A stretch of 64,000 bases of DNA from Candidatus Latescibacterota bacterium (lineage in GTDB: Bacteria > Latescibacterota > UBA2968 > GCA-2709665), in NCBI GenBank assembly GCA_965116875.1, contig OZ220733.1, forward strand, positions 1,952,001 to 2,016,000. Reading direction: 5' to 3'. The position numbers were made by a program, and so were the translations under genes. Below, in pieces: positions 28,829-37,830 of this stretch (positions are counted from its first letter, which is position 1; each line of letters begins with the position of its first letter). The notes beneath the pieces are model-generated. The model was not told the origin of the DNA and did no database searches. It saw only the letters and a list, made by a program, of their open reading frames with translations.

Positions 28829-29033
28829 TGTTCTGTCCCGGAAATAAGTTGCCTGAATTCGGCCGCTGAGTCGCTCGTCTCGCATCCTTCGACAGGCTCA
28901 GGAGCCACCGCCGGAGCGCAGGCGACCTGGGTATGGTCGGCGAGCGAGGGCACTTCGACAAGCTCAGCACAGGAAACGTAGCGAGACGGGATGAATCGGC
29001 AACCGAATGGTGAGGAATTTTCGGGACAGAACA
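28829..29033. mobile_element. MITE-like element (long form) containing two REP-like units
   Basis: TIRs TGTTCTGTCCCGGAAAT / ATTTTCGGGACAGAACA (16/17), flanked by CCAG and CTAG. Contains CTTCGACAGGCTCAG and CTTCGACAAGCTCAG. Confidence 0.8.
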
Positions 29034-29048
29034 CTAGGCCCAATGGGG

Positions 29049-29077
29049 TTGACAGTAGCGGATTTATGCAATAAATT
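29049..29077 (+). promoter_or_regulatory. Sigma70-type promoter candidate for the cohesin/FlgD-tail gene
   Basis: TTGACA-N17-TAAATT, about 55 nt before the ATG. RBS TAAGGAG. Confidence 0.5.
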
Positions 29078-29131
29078 TCGGATAGGTATAAATCGTCGCA
29101 AAGCAGAACGAGGCTCTTAAGGAGTAACGAC

Positions 29132-30214
29132 ATGCGACAGATTCTTGTCCCGGCCGTCTGTGCGGCACTGGTTCTTTTCGGACCGGCCCTTGCCGATGAA
29201 CCGGTCACGGACGACGGGAAACGCGCTATTGCAAATCCGAAGGTGCGGCTGCTAAGCGTCCTGGATGGGGGCAAGAGTTCTTTGCCAGATCCCATTCCTT
29301 CGACGGGAGAAGAAACGTTGAAGGAATACGGGCTTTCGCTGAAACACGTTCCCTCCAGGTACGAGATGGTAAACGGTCGTGCATTGAGCGGGAACCCGCT
29401 GGACGGTGAGGGAAGGGAACGGCCGCTGCCTTTACAGAGATCGGATTTCGGGGAAGGAAAATCCAGCGGCAAACTGACGAGGGGGTTGAACGTAACCGGG
29501 GGCCGGAACGCCTTCGCCGCGCTCATGATTGAAAAGGTTGACGACTCGAATGCAGACGACGGGCACCTGAAACTCCACGTCTCACTGGCTCATACGAAGG
29601 ATCTGAAAGGGTACGGGTTCTCCGTGCATTATGACCCCGCGAAGTACGAATTCGTGGAAGCCATAGAACTGGATGAGAACTTGCTCAAGTCGGGCCCGGC
29701 GGGGCAGACGCTGTTCGTATCCGCAAACCACACGCCGGGCAGGGTGGATCTCGGCGCGGTGAAAGTGGATGGGCAGGGCGTCAGCGGCGCCGGAAAACTC
29801 GTCGAGCTGGTTTTCAAGACGGGCGCAGCGGCTTCGACCGGTGATTTCAGGGTTTCGGAAGGCGTACTGATCGGTCTCGACGGCGCTATCGACCGGTTGA
29901 CGAATGTCGAATTCGCCCGTCATTCGTCACAGCCCGGCGAATACAAGCTGGAGCAGAATATACCCAACCCGTTCAACCCCTCCACCGTCATCGGATATCG
30001 CATTCCCGAGGCTGCCCTGGTACGGCTGGTCATATATAACCTTCTGGGCCAGGAGGTGCGCGTTCTGGTCGACCGTCATGTGGAGGCGGGTTCCTTCACG
30101 GCGACTTGGGACGGGAAGGACGAAATGGGCCGTCAGGTGTCCAGCGGGATCTATCTCTACCGGATTCATGCCGGCGGATTCCTGGCGTCCAGACGAATGA
30201 TGTTCCTGAAATGA
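29132..30214 (+). CDS. Secreted protein with a cohesin-like domain and a C-terminal FlgD-Ig / T9SS type-A sorting-like domain
   Basis: Signal peptide ending ALA-DE. Cohesin-like LKGYGFSVHYDPAKYEFV...VSGAGKLVELVFK. Tail YKLEQNIPNPFNPSTVIGY...IYNLLGQEVRVLV...WDGKDEMGRQVSSGIYLYRI...RRMMFLK. Confidence 0.85.
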   Translation: MRQILVPAVCAALVLFGPALADEPVTDDGKRAIANPKVRLLSVLDGGKSSLPDPIPSTGEETLKEYGLSLKHVPSRYEMVNGRALSGNPLDGEGRERPLPLQRSDFGEGKSSGKLTRGLNVTGGRNAFAALMIEKVDDSNADDGHLKLHVSLAHTKDLKGYGFSVHYDPAKYEFVEAIELDENLLKSGPAGQTLFVSANHTPGRVDLGAVKVDGQGVSGAGKLVELVFKTGAAASTGDFRVSEGVLIGLDGAIDRLTNVEFARHSSQPGEYKLEQNIPNPFNPSTVIGYRIPEAALVRLVIYNLLGQEVRVLVDRHVEAGSFTATWDGKDEMGRQVSSGIYLYRIHAGGFLASRRMMFLK

Positions 30215-30243
30215 ACCGGGTTTGACGTCGCAACGGGATAGAC

Positions 30244-30272
30244 GGGCCGCCCCGAATGTGAGGCGGCCCTTT
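30244..30272 (+). terminator. Intrinsic terminator candidate
   Basis: GGGCCGCC-N10-GGCGGCCC-TTT, 30 nt after the stop codon. Confidence 0.55.
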
Positions 30273-30299
30273 CCATTCCAATCGATCATCCATCAGTAA

Positions 30300-30461
30300 G
30301 AAGCTGTCTTAAAATTCCCAGCGGTCTTCGCGCGGCTGCAAAAGCGCCGGTCGGCGTTGGTCAAACCCGCCCGTATAGACAAATATGGGCGGGTTTTCCC
30401 GCCTTGACCGACACTTTTTCGCTCGCGCTCGGGAATTCACCGGTAATTTTAAAACAGCTTC
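30300..30461. mobile_element. 162-bp MITE with 17-bp TIRs and a TAA target-site duplication
   Basis: TAA|GAAGCTGTCTTAAAATT ... AATTTTAAAACAGCTTC|TAA (16/17). Long internal hairpin AAACCCGCCCGTAT-AGACAA-ATATGGGCGGGTTT. Confidence 0.8.
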
Positions 30462-30474
30462 TAAGGAAGGAAAC

Positions 30475-31380
30475 ATGCCCCGATTATGCGCAATCGCCCT
30501 GACGGTACTGGCTGCGCTCGGATTCGTACCGACGGTAGCCGCGGAAGCGCCGGACTTCTATGCGCACTGGGCGGACGGAAAGGCGGAAATCTCCAGCTAT
30601 CGCGTGTTCCAGCCTCGTTACGGAGAGTCGCGCGAGGGCTACGGCGTGCTCATTTACGTCACCGAAGACCTGAACCGGAAGACCTACATCAAGGTCGAGT
30701 CGCCAACGCCGCCGGCGGAGAAAGTCTACGTGCTCAAACTGAACAACGTGCTGAAGTTCACCACCGGCATCTACGACTATTCGGTAATGACGTCTGTCTT
30801 CAGCGCCGTCGAAGGTCTGGACGGTTCCGGTACTTTCGAGCTGATGAAAGTGAATCTGAGTTCGCAGGAGTGGTGCGGACATATTTTCGATGAAATTCGC
30901 GTGGAAGAGGGCAAGCTGCACGGCGCCCTGAACAGCTATTTTGAGCGTGAGGGCCTGCGCACATACAGTCTGGCTATGCCCGATGGCTTTCAGAGTGAAG
31001 ACCATCTGCTCATACGAATTCGTGAACTCAAGGGTCCGATGATGCAGGCGGGCGAATCGCGGCCGGTCCGGCTTCTGCGCAGCCTCTGGTCGTTCCGGAC
31101 GCGGCACCGCCCCCACGCCCTGGTGGACGCAACGCTGAGCAAGGGAAAGCCGGAGACGATCACCGTGTCGAACGAGAGCCATAACGCCATTCCATGGCGC
31201 TGGGAAACAGACCGGTGGAGGACGACGGTCTGGGTGGAAACGGCGTATCCTCGCCGCATACTGAAGTGGGAGGACGGGGCGGGCGCACGCGCGGAACTGA
31301 TGGTGACCGTCCGCGAACCCTACTGGCGTCAAAAGGCGCTGAGCGACGAAATCTACCGAAAGCGATTGGGGATCCCATGA
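30475..31380 (+). CDS. Secreted hypothetical protein
   Basis: Signal peptide ending VAA-E; motif-like segments WADGKAEISSY...RYGE, VTEDL, LKLN..FTTGIYDYSVMTSVF, QEWCGH, NSYFE. RBS AAGGAAGG. Confidence 0.75.
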   Translation: MPRLCAIALTVLAALGFVPTVAAEAPDFYAHWADGKAEISSYRVFQPRYGESREGYGVLIYVTEDLNRKTYIKVESPTPPAEKVYVLKLNNVLKFTTGIYDYSVMTSVFSAVEGLDGSGTFELMKVNLSSQEWCGHIFDEIRVEEGKLHGALNSYFEREGLRTYSLAMPDGFQSEDHLLIRIRELKGPMMQAGESRPVRLLRSLWSFRTRHRPHALVDATLSKGKPETITVSNESHNAIPWRWETDRWRTTVWVETAYPRRILKWEDGAGARAELMVTVREPYWRQKALSDEIYRKRLGIP

Positions 31381-31402
31381 ATCACGAATTGGAGGAGAGA
31401 GA

Positions 31403-32152
31403 ATGACGCCGATCGAACAGGCGCGCCAAGCCATCGAACAGAGCGACGTGGAAAGGCTGGAGGCGCTCATCGAGTCGCATCCGGAGTTGCCCAACCTCAG
31501 GTCGGAAGACAACGATCGCACGCTCCTGCATACGGTCGCGGATTATCCCGGGCACAAACCGAAGGGCGTGGAGATGGCCGGGCTGCTCATCGAGGCGGGC
31601 GCCGACGTGAACGCGCGTTTCCAGCATGGGCAGAATGAAGCCGTGAAGGAGACGCCGCTGCACTGGGCCGCGAGCAACGACGACGTCGACCTGGCGGAGC
31701 TGCTTCTGGACGCGGGGGCGGATATCGATATCGACTGCGGCGTGATTGCGAACGGGACGCCGGTCTGGAATGCCGTCATTTTCCGGTGTGTAAACGTCGC
31801 GAGGCTGTTGATCGACCGGGGCGCGGCGTCGAATCTCATGACGGCCGCGGGCGCCGGTCGGAGAGATCTCGTGGATCGGTATTTCGATGAGGATGGAAAT
31901 GTTAAGGAAAACGCCGGCGCCCTGCCCTGCTGGGACCCGCCGAGACCGCCGAAGACGGCGCTGGACAGCGCGTTCGGCCTGGCGTGCCGGAACGGCCACG
32001 CGACCGTCGCCAGGGTCCTTTTCGAACGCGGCGCCGATCCGGAGTGGGTCAACCCGGCCGGTGAATCCGCATACCAGCAGGCAAAGTCTGGCGGACACAA
32101 GATCGTCATGGACTGGATGAAGGCGCGCGGCATCGCGCCCGATGAGACATGA
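31403..32152 (+). CDS. Ankyrin repeat protein
   Basis: RTLLHTVA, LLIEAGADVNAR, ETPLHWAASNDDVDLAELLLDAGADID, GTPVWNAV, ACRNGHATVARVLFERGADP. Confidence 0.9.
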   Translation: MTPIEQARQAIEQSDVERLEALIESHPELPNLRSEDNDRTLLHTVADYPGHKPKGVEMAGLLIEAGADVNARFQHGQNEAVKETPLHWAASNDDVDLAELLLDAGADIDIDCGVIANGTPVWNAVIFRCVNVARLLIDRGAASNLMTAAGAGRRDLVDRYFDEDGNVKENAGALPCWDPPRPPKTALDSAFGLACRNGHATVARVLFERGADPEWVNPAGESAYQQAKSGGHKIVMDWMKARGIAPDET

Positions 32153-32200
32153 GCAGACGGGTACGTGCAGACTGTGGAGCGCGATTTCGAGTTCGAAGTC

Positions 32201-32228
32201 TTGACAGACCCTTGGCGTGGGCTATATT
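32201..32228 (+). promoter_or_regulatory. Promoter candidate for the DUF433/PIN TA pair
   Basis: TTGACA-N16-TATATT. Confidence 0.5.
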
Positions 32229-32278
32229 TCCCTTGTGTCAACCATATTGGATGAAGTCTTTATGTAGGAGAGCGTGTT

Positions 32279-32503
32279 ATGGCGACCCTGATGGACCGTA
32301 TCACGGTAAATTCGAAACAGTGCGGGGGACGTCCCTGTATAAGAGGTATGCGCATTCGCGTGGCTGACGTATTGAATCTGCTTGCTCACGACCTCACTCG
32401 TGAACAGATTCTTGTTGAGCATCCGGACCTCGAGCTTGAGGACATTCGTGCCTGTCTGCGTTTTGCGAGTGACCGGCTGAATCACCCGGTTCTCGCCGCA
32501 TGA
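32279..32503 (+). CDS. DUF433 family antitoxin
   Basis: RITVNSKQCGGRPCIRGMRIRVADVL...EHPDLELEDIRACLRFA. Confidence 0.9.
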   Translation: MATLMDRITVNSKQCGGRPCIRGMRIRVADVLNLLAHDLTREQILVEHPDLELEDIRACLRFASDRLNHPVLAA

Positions 32504-32841
32504 CACTTTGGCTCGATGCGCATCTCTCGCCTCATCTTGTTTCCTGGATTCAAGATACGTTCGGCGTAGACGTGGTACACATTCGCGATCTACATCTAAC
32601 GCAGGCGGAGGATTCTGAGATTTTCAATCGAGCTCGAATTGCTGACGCAATTGTGATTACTAAGGACCGGGACTTTGTTGAGCAATTGAATCGACTGGGT
32701 CCGCCTCCGAAAGTTATCTGGTGTACCTGTGGCAATACTTCCAATAATCGTTTGAGAGCTATTTTATCTGAAACGCTGGGAGATGCACTTGATCTGCTGA
32801 ATCGAGGAGAAAGATTGGTGGAAATCAGCGACACAGATTGA
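32500..32841 (+). CDS. DUF5615 family PIN-like toxin (VapC45-like)
   Basis: LWLDAHLSP, AEDSEIF, IVITKDRDF, GPPPKVIW..CGNTSN. Overlaps the DUF433 gene by ATGA. Confidence 0.88.
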   Translation: MTLWLDAHLSPHLVSWIQDTFGVDVVHIRDLHLTQAEDSEIFNRARIADAIVITKDRDFVEQLNRLGPPPKVIWCTCGNTSNNRLRAILSETLGDALDLLNRGERLVEISDTD

Positions 32842-32878
32842 GCGTTTGCCATGGGATCGACCCCATAGGGCACTTGAC

Positions 32879-33457
32879 GTGAGTCCCGAAGAATTCCCCA
32901 TCGTCTTCCTGGGCAACGACTCGCAGGGTGGGTCGTATATACTGCGGATTCGCCTTGCGGAGCATACGGCGCTTCAATTCGGCGGATTCAGGGGCGGAAA
33001 GACCATCGAGCTTCCGTCGGGTGAGTACATCTACGTCGGATCGGCGGGGTCGGAGAAAGGCGCCGCGTCGCTGGCCAACCGCCTTGTCCGTCACGCCACG
33101 CGCATCGGCGGGAAGGAACCGCACAAAATCCGCCGCGAAATGTTACGTAGATTCAGTTCCATCGGCCTGGGAAACGGAAACCTCAAGCCCACCGGCCAAA
33201 AGAACCTGCACTGGAACATCGACCACCTGCTCGACCTGCCGGCTGCCGAACTGAACGGCGTCTGCATCCTTCGGACCCCTGGCAATTTCGAAGAACGCCT
33301 GGGACGATTCCTGGAGCGCGATCCCCACACCGTCGTTATCGAAAAAGGGCTGGGCGCAAACGACGCGCCCGGCAACACCCACCTCCTGCGCCTCGCGGCC
33401 GGCGACGCGTGGTGGGCTACACTTCCCGATCGGCTCAATGCCCAATTCGATATCTGA
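32879..33457 (+). CDS. DUF123 / GIY-YIG-like nuclease family protein
   Basis: GSYILRI...YIYVGSA...RLVRH...LHWNIDHLL...GLGAND...THL. Start uncertain (TTG 32846 or GTG 32879). Confidence 0.7.
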   Translation: MSPEEFPIVFLGNDSQGGSYILRIRLAEHTALQFGGFRGGKTIELPSGEYIYVGSAGSEKGAASLANRLVRHATRIGGKEPHKIRREMLRRFSSIGLGNGNLKPTGQKNLHWNIDHLLDLPAAELNGVCILRTPGNFEERLGRFLERDPHTVVIEKGLGANDAPGNTHLLRLAAGDAWWATLPDRLNAQFDI

Positions 33458-33479
33458 CGCGTCCGGTGCGCCGAAAATA

Positions 33480-33504
33480 GGGCAACGACAAGGTCTGTCC
33501 CTAC
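33480..33504 (-). repeat. Single GTAG-type REP-like unit
   Basis: Minus strand GTAGGGACAGACCTTGTCGTTGCCC, related to the pair at 51392-51490. Confidence 0.55.
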
Positions 33505-33585
33505 ATGCGCACGATCTACGTAGACGGAATTTCAGAGATGGAAAATGCGACTGATGGATGGCGGTCCGGAGGGAGAGATTCCTGC

Positions 33586-34608
33586 TCAGGTATCCTGACT
33601 GGATTCCTCAAACCGCTGCAGCACCTGTTCGGGTGACGCGGCGCCGGTTGTCCCAATTTGCTGGATGGTGATGGATGATACCAGTACGCCGACGCGGGCG
33701 GCATTGACGCAGGACGCGCCGGCGCAAAGCGCGGAGACGATCCCCGCGGAAACGCTGTCCCCCGCGCCCACGATATCGATGGGACCGGGCACGGGGATAC
33801 CGGGAACGTGTTGAGTCGCCTCCCCTTCGGCGCAGAGGATACCCTCAGGCCCAAGGGTGATAAATACGGGCTGTCCGGTGCGTTCCAGGAGGTACCGAAT
33901 GGCGGCGTCCGGACAGTTCGCGCCTTTCCTCCCGGAATCCGTTGAAGCCGCCCTGATCGCCTCTTCGCGGTTGACCTTGACCGTCACGTTCCGGAAAAGG
34001 CCGATGTGCGATCGGGAATCCGCAAGAAAAATGACGTCCGGATACTCAGTCGCGAGGCCCGCAATGCCCTCGCGAACCCGATCCGTAATGACGCCGCAAT
34101 TACGTTCCTGGACCTGGTCGAGTACAATCACACCGTGGACCTCGCCCAACCGTTTCTCCAGGGTGGCGAGAATGCGGTCTTCCACGTGTCGTGGAAGGGC
34201 CGAGCGATTCTTGATATCCAATCGCTCCATCTCCTTCCCGGTTGTGCTGAGAACCGGTTTGGTATAGGTTGGCGTGACGCGGCCGGGGATCTCCATCAGA
34301 TCTCGCGTATCGACACTGGATGCATGCAGCCCCGCCTTCAGATCGTACCCCTGTCCATCATCCCCAATCACCCCCAGCGCACGGATCTGTCCCACCTCAA
34401 GCGCATTCAGGTTACCGGTCACGGTTCCGGCAGCACCCGGCCGGTTTCGGACCTGTACGACCTGGCGGGCTTCCAGTCCGGTCTCCAGGGAGACTTCGGC
34501 GAGGGCAGGATCGACTTCGAGATAGCGATCCAGGAAGTAGTCCCCGATAACCAGGATCGCCAGATCCGAAAACGTACTCAGCAGCTTTTTCATTTCGGAA
34601 TGGGTCAT
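33586..34608 (-). CDS. PfkB family carbohydrate kinase (resembles the RfaE/HldE kinase domain)
   Basis: VIGDYFLDRY, PGAAGTV..NL, KVNREEA, ITLGPEG, DIVGAGDSV. Confidence 0.85.
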   Translation of the reverse strand: MTHSEMKKLLSTFSDLAILVIGDYFLDRYLEVDPALAEVSLETGLEARQVVQVRNRPGAAGTVTGNLNALEVGQIRALGVIGDDGQGYDLKAGLHASSVDTRDLMEIPGRVTPTYTKPVLSTTGKEMERLDIKNRSALPRHVEDRILATLEKRLGEVHGVIVLDQVQERNCGVITDRVREGIAGLATEYPDVIFLADSRSHIGLFRNVTVKVNREEAIRAASTDSGRKGANCPDAAIRYLLERTGQPVFITLGPEGILCAEGEATQHVPGIPVPGPIDIVGAGDSVSAGIVSALCAGASCVNAARVGVLVSSITIQQIGTTGAASPEQVLQRFEESSQDT

Positions 34609-34630
34609 CAAATAACCGGGTCGTCCCGGA

Positions 34631-35476
34631 CTACGCGTCGAGGAGATAGTCCACGAGCAACTCCTGGCATCGGAAGTCCGGTACAATCAGGTCCGCTCCC
34701 GCTTGAATCAGTCGTTCGCGTTTCCACGCATTCACACCCTGGCGAAGGGCCTCATCAGATGCGACGCCCACGGCCGTTCCACCCGCCGACTTGACGTTTT
34801 CGATCTCTACGTATCCATCGCCAAAGCCCAGCAATTCCTCACCCTCGATCCCTTGCGAGGCAATCAGATCCCGGATTACCCTTTCTTTTGAAAAGTCCTG
34901 GTATCGGTCCAGCGCGCCGTACACGCGGTCTTCGAAGAAGGGCGTCAGCCCCAGAAGATCGGCCTCCTCTTTTACGTATACCTCGTCGGTGCCGCTTGCA
35001 AGGTACAGCGCGAATCCCCGGCGTTCCAGGTTGCGCAGAAGATCCAGAGACCCGGGCACCATCAGGTCTTCCATTTCAACAACACCGGAACGCAGACCTT
35101 GAATGCGGTCCCTTATGTGGCGGTTGAGCCGTTCGTGATATCGGTGTTTGTACGCCACCGGATCCGGAGGCTTGCCGCCGCGTTTTCGCACTTCCCCGGC
35201 GAGCTGGATCATCTGGTAGATCGTCTGTTTGCCGGTAAGCCGGTCGACAAAATCAGCCACAATCCGTGACAGTTGCGCCTCGGTTTCGCCGGTGCGGCAT
35301 CCGCCGAGCGTTTCGACCATCATCGGCACCATAATTTCCCGCCAGCCCTCGCGAATCAGCGAGAGCGTTCCGTCGAAATCGAAAAGCGCCGAGCGGAAGC
35401 GACCCCGGGCAATGCCGTCGTTCACACGTTCTATATCAGCCATACGCAAGGCATCGAGACGATCCGGCATAGACAC
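34631..35476 (-). CDS. HAD family hydrolase
   Basis: LFDFDGTLS (motif I), YLASGT (II), FSKE (III), FGDGYVEI (IV). Confidence 0.88.
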   Translation of the reverse strand: MSMPDRLDALRMADIERVNDGIARGRFRSALFDFDGTLSLIREGWREIMVPMMVETLGGCRTGETEAQLSRIVADFVDRLTGKQTIYQMIQLAGEVRKRGGKPPDPVAYKHRYHERLNRHIRDRIQGLRSGVVEMEDLMVPGSLDLLRNLERRGFALYLASGTDEVYVKEEADLLGLTPFFEDRVYGALDRYQDFSKERVIRDLIASQGIEGEELLGFGDGYVEIENVKSAGGTAVGVASDEALRQGVNAWKRERLIQAGADLIVPDFRCQELLVDYLLDA

Positions 35477-35788
35477 TGATTCCCTTCTTTCTTTAGAAAA
35501 AACGCGTTATTGTCCGGCGGCGATTCTCCGGAATGCCAATCTAAATGTGCCGCCACAATTGTCAAGGCATTTAACCCCAATTCGAATAAAACAGCAACCG
35601 GCCCTCGCGGTCAAAAAAATCTGCGTTGCGCGCCCTCGGCGGCACAGCGACGGTTTCAACGGACGGTTCAGCGCTCGTTCTTCGAGTTCAAATCTGCTTG
35701 TGAAATTTCAATTCTGCATTATCTTAATACTGTATGTGTTTTGTCATTCATGTTGAAGGAGGTTGAACGGACGTATCAGGGTCTGGCT

Positions 35789-36457
35789 ATGGATCGGCGG
35801 GTTGTGCAGCGTTCGTCCACCAGAACGGGTGAATTGCAGCTTGCGTCCGTTGAAGCCGGCACGGTCACCCATTTCGAACTCATCGTCAACGGTGTTTTCC
35901 TGATGGCCACCTACAATGCGTCTTCCAATCGCGCATTGATCGACACGGTCATGGAAACATCGAAATCCGGCAGGCACATCAACCTGCTTATCGGTGGTTT
36001 GGGATTGGGAATCTCCCTTCGACAGGCGCTCGCCTATTCAAACGTGCGTTCCGTGTGTGTCGTGGAACTCGAATCCCGTGTTGTAAACTGGAATCGCGAT
36101 TACCTGGACAACGCCGACGTTCTCGACGATGAGCGCACGGAGATGGTCGTCGGCGATTTTTACGAATACGTACAGGGAAATCCCCGAAGCTATCACGGCA
36201 TCGCGCTGGATATCGACAACGGTCCCGACTGGGTGGTGCGACCGGAAAACCGGCGCGCGTACAGCGTTTCAGCACTTCAGACGCTAAGGACACGGTTGCG
36301 TCCGGATGGTACCCTGGCGATCTGGAGCCATGCTGTCAACCGCTCGTACGAACGCGCGCTGGACCGTGTCTTCGGCGGGGTGACTTTTCAACAAACGTGT
36401 GACCGCAGCCTGACCGGAAAACCGCTCGAGAGTGTAATCTACTCGGTTCGGGCCTGA
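35789..36457 (+). CDS. Spermidine synthase-like SAM-dependent transferase (short form)
   Basis: LIVNGVFLMAT, LLIGGLGLGISL, VVELE, IALDIDNGP, LRPDGTLAIWS. Confidence 0.75.
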   Translation: MDRRVVQRSSTRTGELQLASVEAGTVTHFELIVNGVFLMATYNASSNRALIDTVMETSKSGRHINLLIGGLGLGISLRQALAYSNVRSVCVVELESRVVNWNRDYLDNADVLDDERTEMVVGDFYEYVQGNPRSYHGIALDIDNGPDWVVRPENRRAYSVSALQTLRTRLRPDGTLAIWSHAVNRSYERALDRVFGGVTFQQTCDRSLTGKPLESVIYSVRA

Positions 36458-36487
36458 CCGGCAGGTGCAGACGACTGGAAAGGAATT

Positions 36488-37798
36488 GTGTGGATGAACA
36501 AAGACTCACTTACCATAACGGACAATCGCACCGGAAAGACTTATCAGGTACCCATTCTTTATGGCACATACCCCGAATACGGGGCCGCCATTCGAACCGC
36601 TGACCTGAATCAAATCAAGGTTTCGGAGGACGATTTCGGGCTTCTCGGATACGACCCGTCGTATCTGAATACCGGTTCCTGCCAGAGTTCCGTGACGTTT
36701 ATCGACGGAGAGAAGGGCATCCTCAGATATCGTGGGTATCCGATCGAGCAGCTTGCACAGCACAGTACCTACCTCGAGACGTCGTATCTGCTGTTATACG
36801 GCGAACTGCCGTCACAGTCGCAACTGGATGCCTGGAACGAATCGGTGATGGCGTACGTCAAAGCCGAACCGAAGTTGACCGGTCTGGTAAGCGGATTTAA
36901 AAGGGGTTCCCATGCAATGGGGATGATGGTGGGCGTGCTGGGGTCTCTGTCCACATTCTACGACAATGCGAGAGACATCGGCACGGAGGAGGTTCAGGAA
37001 CAGCACATCCTCCGGCTGATGGGCATCGCCCCGGTCGCTGCGGCAGCCGTGTATCGCCAGAGCCAGGGGCTGCCTGTTGTGGACCCCGACCCGTCATTGG
37101 GATTCTGCGCCAACTATCTGAAAATGCTGTTCGAAGGTACGAGCGCATATAAGTCCGACCCTGCTCTGGTACGGGCATTGGAAGTCCTTCTCATTTTGCA
37201 CGCCGACCACGAACAGAACTGCAGCGCGAGTACCATGCGCGGGATTGGCAGCAGCGGAGCAGACCCGTATTCGGCGGCGGCGGGAGCGGCCGGCGCGTTG
37301 TACGGACCGGCGCATGGCGGGGCGAATGAAGCCGTCTTGAAAATGCTGAATGAGATCGGGTCGGTCGACAATATCCCGGCCTACATCGAGCGGGTACACA
37401 ACCGCGAAGTGCGTCTGCAGGGTTTCGGGCACCGGGTTTACAAGAACTACGATCCCAGAGCGGCGATCATCAAGAAGACGGCAGAGGAAGTATTCGAAGT
37501 CACCGGGAAGAACCCGCTCATCGACATCGCGGTGGAACTGGAGCGCATTGCACTTGAAGAAGAATATTTCATTTCTCGCAGTCTGTATCCGAACGTCGAT
37601 TTTTATTCGGGTATCATCTACCAGGCGATGGGTCTGCCCACGGACATGATGACAGTGATGTTCGCAGTGGGCCGAATGCCGGGATGGCTGGCGCAGTGGA
37701 AAGAACTGATGCACGATCAGGAGCAGCGCATCGCGCGTCCGCGGCAGATCTACATGGGTGAAGATATCCGGGACTATACGCCGATGGGAGAGAGGTAG
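36488..37798 (+). CDS. gltA: Citrate synthase
   Basis: FIDGEKGILRYRGYPIEQLA, LHADHEQNCS, HGGANE, GFGHRVYKNYDPRA, YPNVDFYSG, IARPRQIY. Confidence 0.96.
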   Translation: MWMNKDSLTITDNRTGKTYQVPILYGTYPEYGAAIRTADLNQIKVSEDDFGLLGYDPSYLNTGSCQSSVTFIDGEKGILRYRGYPIEQLAQHSTYLETSYLLLYGELPSQSQLDAWNESVMAYVKAEPKLTGLVSGFKRGSHAMGMMVGVLGSLSTFYDNARDIGTEEVQEQHILRLMGIAPVAAAAVYRQSQGLPVVDPDPSLGFCANYLKMLFEGTSAYKSDPALVRALEVLLILHADHEQNCSASTMRGIGSSGADPYSAAAGAAGALYGPAHGGANEAVLKMLNEIGSVDNIPAYIERVHNREVRLQGFGHRVYKNYDPRAAIIKKTAEEVFEVTGKNPLIDIAVELERIALEEEYFISRSLYPNVDFYSGIIYQAMGLPTDMMTVMFAVGRMPGWLAQWKELMHDQEQRIARPRQIYMGEDIRDYTPMGER

Positions 37799-37830
37799 GA
37801 GTCGGATCGGACGCGACATCGAATCGATAC

